The notes under the pieces were generated by a model that saw nothing but the letters and a program-made list of their open reading frames with translations, was not told where the DNA came from and made no database searches. DNA of 63,691 nucleotides, counting the filler, from Reclinomonas americana ATCC 50394 (taxonomy: Eukaryota): the NCBI GenBank assembly GCA_048213135.1. It is 7 parts of 5 records of this genome, joined end to end, with 100 filler letters (N's around TTAATTAATTAA, not from the genome) between each part and the next. Parts side by side here need not be neighbours in the genome. Positions count along the whole stretch, not along the records: positions 23,123 to 33,705 come from PS015531.1; positions 33,806 to 41,731 come from PS015531.1; 5 more parts are not named here. One strand, written 5' to 3'. This document shows positions 26,101 to 37,649 of the stretch, one piece after another; position 1 is the stretch's first letter; every line of letters begins with the position of its first letter. The position numbers were made by a program, and so were the translations under genes.

Positions 26101-28561
26101 TCTCCGACTCTTCTGGTCTCGCTGCCCTGTTTTCCTTCCTCCCACCCTGTTTCCCTCCCTCCCCTTGCCAAAAACCCCCCAAACACCCCATGCCCAATCC
26201 CGAACTGTGCATCAGTGCGCGACTCACCTCCAGCTGCACCTCCAGTTCACGCCTCTTTTCTTGCGACTCGGCAAGCGCCAGCTGCGCAGCCGTCAAATCC
26301 TCCTGTACTCCTTGCAGCTCCGCATCCACATCGGCATGGTCATTCTGGCGCACAACACATTCTCTCCACATGAGCCTGCGTCTCGAAAAAAAATCTCCTG
26401 TGCACCCACACACACACGCACACACCTGTGCCAATTCGAGGTCCAGTTTCAGCATGGTGACCTGCGAGTGCAGTTCGCGATTCTCATCGGCCTTGTCGGT
26501 GAGCTCCTCCCGCAAGTCGGCCAACTGCAGCTCGAGTTCACGGATGCGAGCCATCATGGCCACATCAGCGCCCTTCACCGCAGGTGCTGCGGCGGCCGCA
26601 GCTGGAGCCGGGGCTGGGGCTGGGGCTGGGGNNNNNNNNNNNNNNNNNNNNNNNNNNNNNNNNNNNNNNNNNNNNNNNNNNNNNNNNNNNNNNNNNNNNN
26701 NNNNNNNNNNNNNNNNNNNNNNNNNNNNNNNNNNNNNNNNNNNNNNNNNNNNNNNNNNNNNNNNNNNNNNNNNNNNNNNNNNNNNNNNNNNNNNNNNNNN
26801 NNNNNNNNNNNNNNNNNNNNNNNNNNNNNNNNNNNNNNNNNNNNNNNNNNNNNNNNNNNNNNCCACGGGCTGTGCCGGGGCCGGAGCCACCGCCGGAGTG
26901 GCCTGTCGCGTTGCCAGCGGCGGCACAGCTGCGGCCACTGCCAGCGCTGGAGCGGGAGACGCAGTGGTCGTCGTCGTCGTCGTCGTCGTTGCGGCAGCGG
27001 GGGCGACCACACCAGGCGCTATGCGAGTGAGGCCCGGCGCTGGTCCGGGAACAGTCACGCCGACACTGTCATCACCGCAGGTAAGGAGAGCACGGAATTA
27101 GATTGGAGGGAGGAGAGAAGCACGAACCGAGTGGGCGAGCGATCGGCAGGTCTTCCGTTCGTCCCTCCTCCAGGCAGAATCGGTCCCGACGTGTGTCCAC
27201 CACGCTCCAGGCGAGGCGTCACGGCGGGCGAGTGCGTGTGAGCCTCGTCGTCATCACTGGCCTCACCCGTCTGGTCGTCAGTCTGAGGAGCACGCACAGT
27301 CAGCACATCAAACCCAGCAAGCAGACGACAAATGGCGAGGAGAAGAAGCAGAGAGTGCACGTCACCCCTGCGTTAGCCACACTCGGCTCGGTGGCCATGG
27401 AGCCGTCGGCCTCGCTGAGGAACGTCGACACCATCTCGAAACTGATCTCCGTGGCCAGGTCCTTGGGTGCCTTCATCGACTTGGTCACCAGACCACTGCG
27501 GCGACCGGCGAGCGTCGGCGCCACGTAGTCCGACAAGTCGAGCATAAGAGAGGCCAGCTTGCGCGCCTTGGTGCCCGGCGGCTGCTCGTAGTACACATTA
27601 AACTTGAACTCCTTGTTGTCAAAGGCGCCAGTGGCCTTCTTGGCGCGGAACAGAGTGCCGTCGAACTCGAATGACTCGTTGAACTCGGCCTGCCCGTGTT
27701 GCACTTTCACCTGCGTCCACGGCAGCAGTGAGCGCAATGATGCAGGCAGAGATTAGGCGGGCGGGTCTCTCTATTGCGCACCTTTTGCGTGTTGCCCGAG
27801 CGCTTGCCACCACGCTTCCACTCGACCCACACCAGCGCATTGTTCGCCTTGCCGGTGCTGTTGATCGAGGCAATCACCAGCGAGAAATGGTGATGAAAGC
27901 CTGCAGCCAAGAAAAACGAAGTTGAGGTCGATGATGCACAGCAAACTGCTCACTCTTTCTTCTCTGTGAGCAATCGAGAAATAGCTTTCCCCACGTGCAC
28001 ACACGCGCAGACAGAGAGGTGGGGGTGTGTGGGTGTGTGCACGTGTGAGGGAGTGTGCGTGCACAGAGAGGTCGGAAATGCACGGCCATGACGACACGCA
28101 CACACACCAAGACAACTCGGCCCCCTTCAAATGCTCAACTGCACGTGTGTGCGTATGTACACAGCTGTCTTGCCAAAGTGCGTGCACATCACTTTCTTGC
28201 ACGTCAGCTCACGCGTGCGACACACACACATGTGGTGAGCGACAGAAAGAGCGCGCGCGCACTGAGTCGCACACACACGATGATCAACACACAATGAACG
28301 CGTGTGAGTGTGACGCGTGGTGATCACGACGATCAACAAGAGAGAGTGTCGTCGAGAGGTGACACGTTGCGGGCGATTCTCAAAGCGATCGGCCGTGCAG
28401 CAGTGCGCGATCGAAACGGTCACATTGTGCGTGAAAGCGATGGAGAGAGAGATGTACACACAGAGTGGGAGAGAGTGCGACGAGTGTGCCTTGCCAACAA
28501 GGACAGTGGTGCGTACATGGATGGTGGTGGGGGGGAAGATACCTTGCTTACGGCGAAACAT
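23123..28561 (-). CDS. N-terminal C2 (EEIG1/EHBP1-type NT-C2) domain plus long coiled-coil protein (3' partial)
   Basis: MFRRKQG|FHHHFSLVI...VWVEWKRGGKRSGNTQK|VKVQHGQAEFNESFEFDGTLF...FDNKEFKF...LDLSDY, then a P/A linker and an A/E/L-rich heptad exon of more than 850 aa (23123-25748). Confidence 0.8.
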
Positions 28562-29224
28562 GATGCGATGTGAATGGGCCTGAATGGAGGAATTGGTTGG
28601 TGGATTCGATTGGACGACTCGAACTCTTGTCAACATCGTGCGCGGTCCCCCAGGCCGGTCCAGCCCCTGCCTCAGCTAGGGAAAGCATCCCCAAGGCTCT
28701 ACAGAGCTTATACAACTGCCGGGCTCGCTTTCTCGACTTGCATTGCTTCAAACCTGAACAACTACACCATTCCGAACGCCGAGTTTCTTGCTGACATTGA
28801 TTTCTGGCGTGAATACAACAAGAATTCTTTTGCAATCCCTCCCCTTAACAACCACTAATAACAGAGCGTCAATTTCCGTTTCACTATGCAAGTTTGTTTT
28901 GTGGTTCATGATACAAAATGCAACTCAAAGCCAACACGCTGCTGGAATTCACAGCGGACAACACACACACACACACACACACAACCCCACCCTCCATTCG
29001 TTATACACGCACACTTCCTCGTACACACACACGCCACGATGCCACTGCCGAGCACATTCCTCACTCACACCCCCAGAGGGGTGGAAAGAGGAACGCTCCC
29101 AGACAGGCATACTGCATCGCGACAGGAGTACGACAAAAAAAAAGAAGGAAAAAAAGCCAAAACACCACGTTTTGCGAATAACGCAGTTGCCAACCAACAC
29201 ACATACACCCATACAGCCAAACAA

Positions 29225-31861
29225 CTACAGTAGACACGCTACCGGGCGGCGCAGCCGGCAAAGCACAGCATGCACACCCAGGACCAGCTGGCCTTGCCCA
29301 TGCAGCCACGCGTCCTCGGTCGCACCGGATCGATGGCAAGCTTGCGGATCGACTCGGGGAATTGTCTGTGAGAAAAGGGAACGTGTAAGTAGGTGCGGTG
29401 GCATGCATGCATGCATGCAGAGAGAGGCGGCGTGTGTGGCGCAACTTGGCCTCCACGTCCACATCGTTCTGCTCCATGTGCAGCATGTTCAAGAACGCCG
29501 GCCACTGGCTCTTCAACTGAGGCAGTTGTACCGACTCGAGAGTGTTGTGGCTGAGCAGCAGTCGCTCCAAGTGCGTCGGCAGGCGACGCAGGTCGAACGT
29601 GCGCAGCTGGTTGTGCGACAGGTTGAGGACGCGCAGTTCGCTGGTCGCCGGTAATTGAGCGGCGTCGAACTTGGTGAGGGAATTGTCGGCCAGCGACAAC
29701 GACAATAGTGCCGCCGGCAGCGCCGAAGGCGTGAACGTCTCGATTCGGTTGCTGCGCAAGTCCAGATGCCGCATGCGCGACGGCAACTCCGACGGCAGCA
29801 CCAAGTCCGCAATGCCATTGGCCGACAAGTGCAACTGCTCGAGCGACTCGGGGAGGGAGCGCAAATCGGCGGATCGAATGCGATTCGACGACAAGTCGAG
29901 CCGACGCAGCGAGCGCATCGACGACAGGTGGAGCAGCGAGGCCTCGGTGAGGCCACACTTGGCCATGCGCAGCGTCACCAACGAGAGCGGCAAGTGGCGC
30001 AGGCTAAAGTCGCGAATCATCTGGTTCTCGCTCACGTCGAGGTACCGCAGCTCCGATGGCAGGCGCGCCGACTCGAAGGTGACGAGGCAATTGTGGTGGA
30101 CATCGAGCAGCCGCAAGCTCTGCGGCAAGAACTCCACTCGCAACTCCGCAATGGCGTTGTAGCCGACAAAGAATGCCTCCAGGCGCTGCAGTTCGGCGAG
30201 TGACCGAATATCCAGTCGCTCGAGTCGGTTGTTGTAGAGCGAGAGCGAGCGCAGGTTCCGTGAGGAAGCCACCTGCTCCAGGTTCACGTTCTCCAAGTGG
30301 TTGTGCGACAGGTCGAGGTGTTGGAGGGCGGGGAGACCGCGCAAGTCGATTGATCTAAGTACAGCAGCAACGATGAGTGAGTGCTAAATCAGGAAGCGAG
30401 AAATGCACTGTGGAGAAACGCAACGTCAGCTGGTTGTGCGACAAGTCGAGGTGCTTGACAGACTGCATCGGCAGCGCCGTCGAGTCGAACTCGGTCAGCA
30501 GGTTGTGCGAAATCACCACTCGTGTCAGGTTCGGCGGCACCAGCGACCGTGTCAGCCGTGTAATGTCGCACTGTGTGAGCTCCAGGGCACGGAGAGCCGG
30601 AGCCAGTGTGCTCAACGGCGTGTGCGCCTCACATGAGGCGTCGAGCAGGAAGCACGGGTCGATGCCGACAGGTCGTCGCCGTGACCACGAGCGGATCGTA
30701 AGCGTGCGCAGACCCGACGGCAGTGGCACATAGGCGTACTGCAGCGCCAGTGGTGGAGGCAGCAGCACGGCCGTGGTGTCGAGCACGCTGTTGGTGCAGC
30801 TGCTGGGTGCCGACGACTGCGGTTGCAGCGTGCCGGCGGCCGGCGTCGCCGGCTCCAGGCACGTCACCTCCTCCACGGAAACCTCGGGGATCTGCATCTC
30901 GCGCATCATCTCGTCCATGAACGAGATGGACGAGGAGCGGCGACGATGGTACTGCGACAGCGAGCGGAACGGTGTCGGTGGTGCGGCGGCCAGTGGATTC
31001 GCAGCCATGGAAGCCGGTGGCGCATTGGTCATCGGAGTCGGACCATTGTCGAGAGCGCCGCCGCCACCACCGGTGGTGGCGATCGGCGTCGACCGCGCCT
31101 CGTCCAGCAACGCACTCAGCTTGTGCGAGCTCTCCGATCGCACCGCAATGTGGAACGCCGTTGGCACATGCGACATGCGCCGCGGGCTGCTGCCGCCCGA
31201 ATCGCTAGAAGTCGTGTCGTCACCGGAGCAACTGGCACACGCACAATGTCAGCACAAGGGCGACACACACACATACACACACACACGCAGAGACGAGTGC
31301 GCAACTCCTTCAGCGGAACACGGAAGGCGGCAAGGCGCGACGGGAAGCGAACATTGGTGCGTGCCACCATGTTCAGCAACTCCTGGTTGAGCGACGGCGA
31401 CTGCTCAAACACTGCACGTGTACACCGAGCGTCAGACACACACACGCGCGCACACACACAGAGCGAGGGCAGCAGAGAGAAAGAGAGAGACGCAACACTG
31501 CACAGTCAACGATTCGATGGCAGGGAAGTGCAAGTGGGCACAGTAGAAGGGTGTCTGAGCTTCGCGCGCATCGCCATCGAAATGAATGAGACCACGCTCA
31601 AAGGCCGCACACAGGTCACGACAGGTGCGCCACAGTCGCTTGAAGTCACGCACTCGCAGGAACGAGCACACCAGTGCCAGAGAGCCTTCGCCAATCATGT
31701 CGGCGAGGCGCGGACCTCCAGTCACCAGTTCATGCTCATGCTCCGAGTGATCTGTGTCGACAGTCAGCACACGTGTCACACTGTCTCTCTCACACAGTCT
31801 GCTCAGGGATCGTACCTCCTCGGGCGCTGAGAATGAGCGCAGGTGTCACTGCCGAGTCCAT
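29225..31861 (-). CDS. Leucine-rich repeat protein with N-terminal F-box-like motif
   Basis: More than a dozen LxxLxLSxNxL repeats with LP linkers (about 29460-30600); N-terminal LALVCSFLRVRDFKRLWRTCRDL is F-box-like; ends approximate. Confidence 0.75.
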
Positions 31862-32393
31862 TTTGCTGCGACACACGCAATCATGTGTGAAACAGAGGTG
31901 GCGCACACTCACATTCTCAACTGCGTCACAATCGACTCTCTCTCTTTTGCGTACACGCGTGCTCTCACTCAGAGACGAGACTGCACATGGGCGACACCGC
32001 CACACACACACAGGGACAGAGGCGGAGAGAGACAACATCGGACTTGGGACGTCGTCCCAGTGATTTTCTCAGTACAAAGTCGTTTCGATGACACGCACCT
32101 GTGTTTGCTCGCTCAATCGTACCCTTGCACTCTCGCCGGTGGGAAGCCACGCACACTCGTACACTCACTCACGCACACGCGACGAGGGGGTGAATCCAGA
32201 GTGATATTCAACGTCCGACCTTTCTCCTCTCGCCTGCTTCTCTTAAATTCCGGACACGCCGACCAATCGAAAATGAGGTTCCTTCCAAAGTGGCGCAGCC
32301 TCGCACGTTACACTAGAGAGGAATACAGCGTGCATGTGTGTGCGTAGGCGCATGTGTGTTTTGTTGTTTTTAAAAAGTGCTTGGAGTCCTGGA

Positions 32394-35300
32394 TCACAAG
32401 CTTCGACGTGCGTCTGCGTGCGATATCAATCGGTGTCGGAGCGATCGCTGTTCTTCTTTGGCGCCAGAGACGGCAGCTGGTCCAGTGGTACGCACCTGCA
32501 TACGTGCCATGTACACAAAATTAAGCATCGGTGAGCTGCATGCACGCCTGCTGGAGAACGCAACTGCACTTTCATGTCAGACACGGACTCCAGCAACTCG
32601 GCCGAGTTGGAGCCCTTGCGCGTGATCGAGAAGCGACTGCCGGCAAGTATCGCGTGTGGTCAGCACTCATCGCTGTGCTGTTGTGTGAACTTGCAGAGCA
32701 CATATGTACGCACCGTACGCGTTTAGGCGTGGCATCTCCACCGACACCCGTGACTCCTTCTGTGTGCCCAAGCGCCAGCATTGCATATGACGACTGGATG
32801 CGCTCGAGGATGGAGTCCTGTGCAGAGGCACTCGACAGCGTGGGATCGACCTCCAGTCGAGCTCGTTCGCGCGTCACGTATTTCTCGTATTCTCTTCCGT
32901 ACGACTGCACATGCACGCACGCACAAGTGAATCAAACGACGACAGTCCGCCGGTTCAAAAGACACCAGCAGCACTCACCTCGAGAATGAAGGCAATCAGC
33001 ACACTGGAGGGCGCACAGAAGAGTTGAGTGACAATGACGACAGGAATGTGAACGCAGGCGGGAGACGCAACTTGATGAACACCACCACCATGATGAGCCA
33101 CCAGATGATAAAGTAGATTCGTGCAGCGCGGTTCGTCACGGCCACATAGCCGGCCACGATGACCTGCCAGTTGTTGACCTATATATACGCGGATGGATGT
33201 GAGCGACGTCACTACGCTGGCAAGTCTTCCTCACGACGCGTAAACGCACGACTTGGAGCTCGAAGAGAACAACTAATAGCACAAACAAATCAGTGAGTGC
33301 GCAAAAAATAGGAAGAGCAAACGCAGCGGCAAGACGCCTGACGCACCAAGAGCAGACGGCAAGTCATTCATGTTGTTCGAGAAGTATTTGGCTTGCACGA
33401 ATGGGTTGTCGGGCGTCAGGGCCGGATTGCCCTGCGATCACTATCGGTGAGACGGTGCAAGCGAGACGACGGTGGCTGTGGCGACACACTTCGTAAATCA
33501 GTCCACCAAAGACTGCAGAAAAGAAGAGCGTGTTAACTAACAAGCCAGCAGACGAGAAACATGGAGAACGATGTGAGCGTAACTGCCAATGCCGATAATG
33601 GCGTAGGCATAGTATACACCCTGCAGCAACAAATGAGGGCGCGAAACCACCATTTCCACATGCGGAGCGAGGCGACGCAACAAACACGACGGCGCCATAC
33701 GGCCCNNNNNNNNNNNNNNNNNNNNNNNNNNNNNNNNNNNNNNNNNNNNTTAATTAATTAANNNNNNNNNNNNNNNNNNNNNNNNNNNNNNNNNNNNNNN
33801 NNNNNCGGAGAACGCGCAGCATAGATGACGCGAGACACACCGAGAATGTTTTGTAGTACAATGGCCTCCGGCTCCTTGGTGGTGACACCACACTGATAGT
33901 CCAGGTTGGATGTGGCGTAGTGAGCACTGACCATCAGATTGATGGTGTAGGCCACCAGGAACACGTCGACAATGGCGTCGAACCACCTGTGGGAAGCTGG
34001 TTGAACACCACCTGCTTATTCGACCAGCGCTCAACTTGACCGTATGCACGCAACTGCGACTTGATGAAGCGAATGAATGCCTGATTTCCCTTGGTGTGGT
34101 AGATGCATCGGAAGAGCCACTCGAAGAACGTCTGGCTCTCCCACGCCGACTTGACCTTGTAGCTCAACACCTCCAGGAACTCGGCAAACTCCTCGCGAGG
34201 TACACACGACCATCACGTTAAGGAGCCAACAAGTCACGAATGTACGCACACACTGCCTCGCACTGACGTGCACTGCGCACAAAGGATATTCAAAAAGCCA
34301 TTGCCGCTGCGGTTGAGCGCGCTGAATGTGATGTCGATCTTCTCCAGCGGGTAGTGCGAGCGGACAACAATCATCGCGTTACGGAAGGTAACATAGTCGA
34401 TGACCTCCACCGGCGCCACGGACTGTGCGTCTTCCAGGTCGCCGGCCGAGGCAGCACTCTGTGGTGACATGAGTCCCGAACCCGACGCGCCCGTGCCAGC
34501 TCCAACTAGCGCAGCCGCACTGCTACCGGCAGCCGGTGTCATTTCCGGCGATGTGGTGTCATTCTCGGTGCCTGTGCAACGACGACACACGAGATGAGTG
34601 CATGGTACGCGCGTCATCAATCAGAGGCACATACCATCTTGTTGACCCTGTTGATCGTGTTGCCGGGCGCTTGCGCTATTTGCCGGCGACGTGACGGGCA
34701 TTGTGCGAACCGTGCACAGCAGATCAAAGGCCATGGACAGCGCAGCAGTCTTCCAGTAAATGATGCGGGATCCGGCACGTCCAGCATGCTCACGGTAGCG
34801 CGAGTAGACAGACGCAAGCACTGCCAAGGAAGCACACTGTTTTAGGGACAGATCATCAGGAGCGTGACAGTTTGCGGCGGAGGCGTCGCGTACCGAGGGC
34901 CATCAGCATGTACAAGCAGATGATAAGGAAGGCGATAAAGATCAAGACATTCCATCGGCTGCGGGAACAACAAACTGTCGGTACAGAGCGAGTAGATTGC
35001 ACATAGACACATACAACAGCGACGCACTTGTCATCGTATGCTGGCATCATGATAGTACACAGCGCGGCGAGGCGTCAGTCAAGGAAACCACAGCAGAGGA
35101 TATCAACAACAACAACAACAATGGTGACAGCAAGGATATTCTGGAAAATTCGCTGTGGTGAGGGTCACCAGCATGTTGAACCAGGAGTCCCAGAAGCCGG
35201 CAAACATCAGACATCCTTGATTGCTAATCGTGCAAGAATACAGTGATCAGCCGACTGCAAACTCAGACGATGGGAGTTGAGAGCTCACCTGGCCTCGAAG

Positions 35301-36515
35301 AAGATCATGCAAAACAGCACAAAGCTCTGCGCGCGCACACATAAGAAGGGAAGTCGTATTGTGTAGCAGAGTGGTGCAGCCGCAACGCACCAGATGCACG
35401 AGACCGACGCAAAACAGCACGTCGAGAATGTCGGGGATGGTTCGCAGCAAATTCATGAACGTGGCACGCGTGACGTGCGATGATTCGATGAGGTACAGAC
35501 ATCGCAGGAGGCGCAGCCAGAGCCAACCCTCGCCAAGAATGGCCCAAGAGATCAACAATCCAAGAATGTTGAACAGCACCGCCACCGCCATGACCACGAG
35601 CCATGGTCTCCTGTTCTCATGAGAAGCCGGCACACAGACGATCAGAGGAGGCGGATACGTCTTGTTGTGGCGAAAGGCACGCACCCCAAGAACTCCTTGC
35701 GTCCAAGGGTCACGTAGTCGAGCACCACACGACACATGAGAATCGTCAAGAGAATGAGCTTGAGAAGTGCAGCCAACTGCATCGCGCGGTGTGAGTGAAC
35801 CACACACGAGGAGCACGACACACGCTCGATAGCATCACAAACCCAATTCGGCAGCTCGGCAGGCGCAGGAGCCTCAAAGGCACCGAGCACCATAAGAGCG
35901 ACCACATCGGCTGCGAAAACAATCTGTACCCAAACTGCACACCCATCCGAAACCCTCCCCGTGTTCAGAAGCATTCAGCAGCACATACACACACGCAGTT
36001 CTCTCGCAACTCTTGTGATAGAACTTGTACCATCTGCCAGTGGCGTGCCAAGTGAGTTTGAATTGACGCAAGCATACTCACAAAGAAGAAGAGACGCACT
36101 TGAGAGCTGTGGGCGTGGTCAAATGGAACGGTGAGCGACTCGCACGCGCATCACCCAAGTACGTGCCCGCTTGCTCGTACAACTGCATCACATCGCCAGC
36201 ATCAAAACAGAGGCGTCATCATACAGTGTCTGTGTGATGACGCACTGTCCTCTCCTCTGGAGTCCACGAGGCACGAATGCTCTTGGTGGACGTCCAGTGG
36301 TCCTTCTCGCGGCTTCCATCCTGCGCACGCAGTGGTGAGCGGAGAGGGAGACACACGAACTCGCGCATTTATAACGCAAACGCAACTGCATCACTGTCGG
36401 CTTGCGCGCTTCCTCCAGCAGGCGCCGGGGCACCATCGTTACCAATCTCCACTTGCAACTGCTCAAACTCCTCAAACACGCCCTCATTGCGACCTGAGCG
36501 GTGTGGGCTAAACAT
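32394..36515 (-). CDS. Two-pore channel (TPC), split across a contig linker
   Basis: Domain I filter VTLTTANFPDIMMPAY; EF-hand-like NRSGNGFLTREEF; domain II IFGGLIYEGNPAL...NNMNDLPSALVVLFELQVVNNWQVI...NVLIAFILE. The N-half (33806-36515) and C-half (32394-33705) are collinear; IIS2-S4 are missing at the join. Confidence 0.88.
34200..34289 (-). other. U12-type (minor) AT-AC intron, 90 nt
   Basis: Minus strand: donor ATATCCTTT, branch TCCTTAAC (34224-34217), acceptor AC. Removal yields GFLTREEFAEF. Confidence 0.93.
35055..35139 (-). other. U12-type (minor) AT-AC intron, 85 nt
   Basis: Minus strand: donor ATATCCTTG, branch TTCCTTGAC (35086-35078), acceptor AC. Removal restores TTANFPDIMMPAY. 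Confidence 0.93.
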
Positions 36516-36856
36516 CTCTCTCCCCCTCTGTCACCAAACTCACGCACGCGCGCCCCTCTTGCTCTTCTTTTCGAACTCAGTCGCTCACTGCACGGAAATG
36601 AGAGAGAGACACGCACGCGCCCACACGCACGCGTCCACACACACACAGAGAGACAGCCAACGAAGACGCGCGCAAGCAGGACGCAATCAAATTGGTTGCC
36701 TCTCGACGTCGTTCTCATTGTTTCTCTGCGCGCACTTGCTGTGCACTGCGCGTAACTTGTACATCACCGACCTGTGAAGCGTTGGGACCATCCGCAGCAG
36801 CAGTAGCAACGTCGCATCGCTGGCAGGACATTCTCGACATTGAAAAACGAAACGAA

Positions 36857-37476
36857 ATGCTCGTGCGACAGCTCCTCTCTCTCGTGCGCTCGCCTGCCGC
36901 ACCGCGTGCAGGTCTCTCCATCGCTCTATCTGTCTCCCACTCGTTCACTCACTCTCTGTGTCACAGGATGCAGGATTGCATCACTGTCATCGTCAGCCTC
37001 GCCCACTGTCTCCATCGCCGTCAACGAGCGCAACTGGGACGCCGAGGTCATCAAATCCACCAAGCCTGTCATTGTCGACTTTTACGCTGACTGGTGCCGG
37101 TTCGTTGACTCCTTTGTACACACTCCGATGATCAGCGCGCTCACACTCACTCACTCACTGATGCAGACCGTGCCACATGATTGGTTCTCCTCCTTCTCCT
37201 CCTCCCATCCTTCTCACCGGTGAGAGTTGACTGTTGACTCCGATTTTCTCGTCATTTGCAGCTCCGGTGCTCGAGGAGGCCGTGGGTGCGACCAAGGGCG
37301 CGGTGAAGCTGGTCAAGGTCAACGTGGACGAGTCGCCGGCGCTGTGCGGTGCGCCCTTTTCGATCAGCTCCATCCCCGCCGTGTTCCTCCTGCACAACGG
37401 CAAGGTTGTCTCCAAGTTTGTCGGCTTCCAGGCCGATGTGCTGCAGTCGATGGTGAAGTTGGCCAAGGATCTCTGA
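36857..37476 (+). CDS. Thioredoxin, putatively mitochondrial
   Basis: Presequence [40 protein letters not shown] (active site split by a 17-nt micro-exon at 37167-37183); KVNVDE; SSIP. Confidence 0.92.
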
Positions 37477-37649
37477 TGACGCAGCGGTGCACGTACGCAC
37501 GCACCCCTCTCTTCTCTGTGTCTGTGCAGTGAAGAGAGAGAATACCAGCATAGATTCAATCGCTTATCATTTTCCTTTTCCTCAATCTTCCTTGGCGCCC
37601 TCATGCATCGGCGTCGACAGCCATTTCATCTGCACACCGAGGGAGCGTG

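Noticed and set aside
22110..28561. DIL fragment and NT-C2/coiled-coil gene as one protein (a known domain combination)
   Set aside because: They are on opposite strands, converge on an artificial linker and lie on different contigs; nothing in the sequence joins them.
28574..28858. 94-aa ORF divergent from the NT-C2 gene
   Set aside because: No recognisable motif, atypical lower-GC composition; probably promoter or UTR sequence.
35648..35659. GTATCC on the minus strand as a third U12 donor in TPC
   Set aside because: It lies inside an ordinary intron starting GTGCGT, whose removal gives EFLGRPW; it lacks the TT extension and a U12 branch site.
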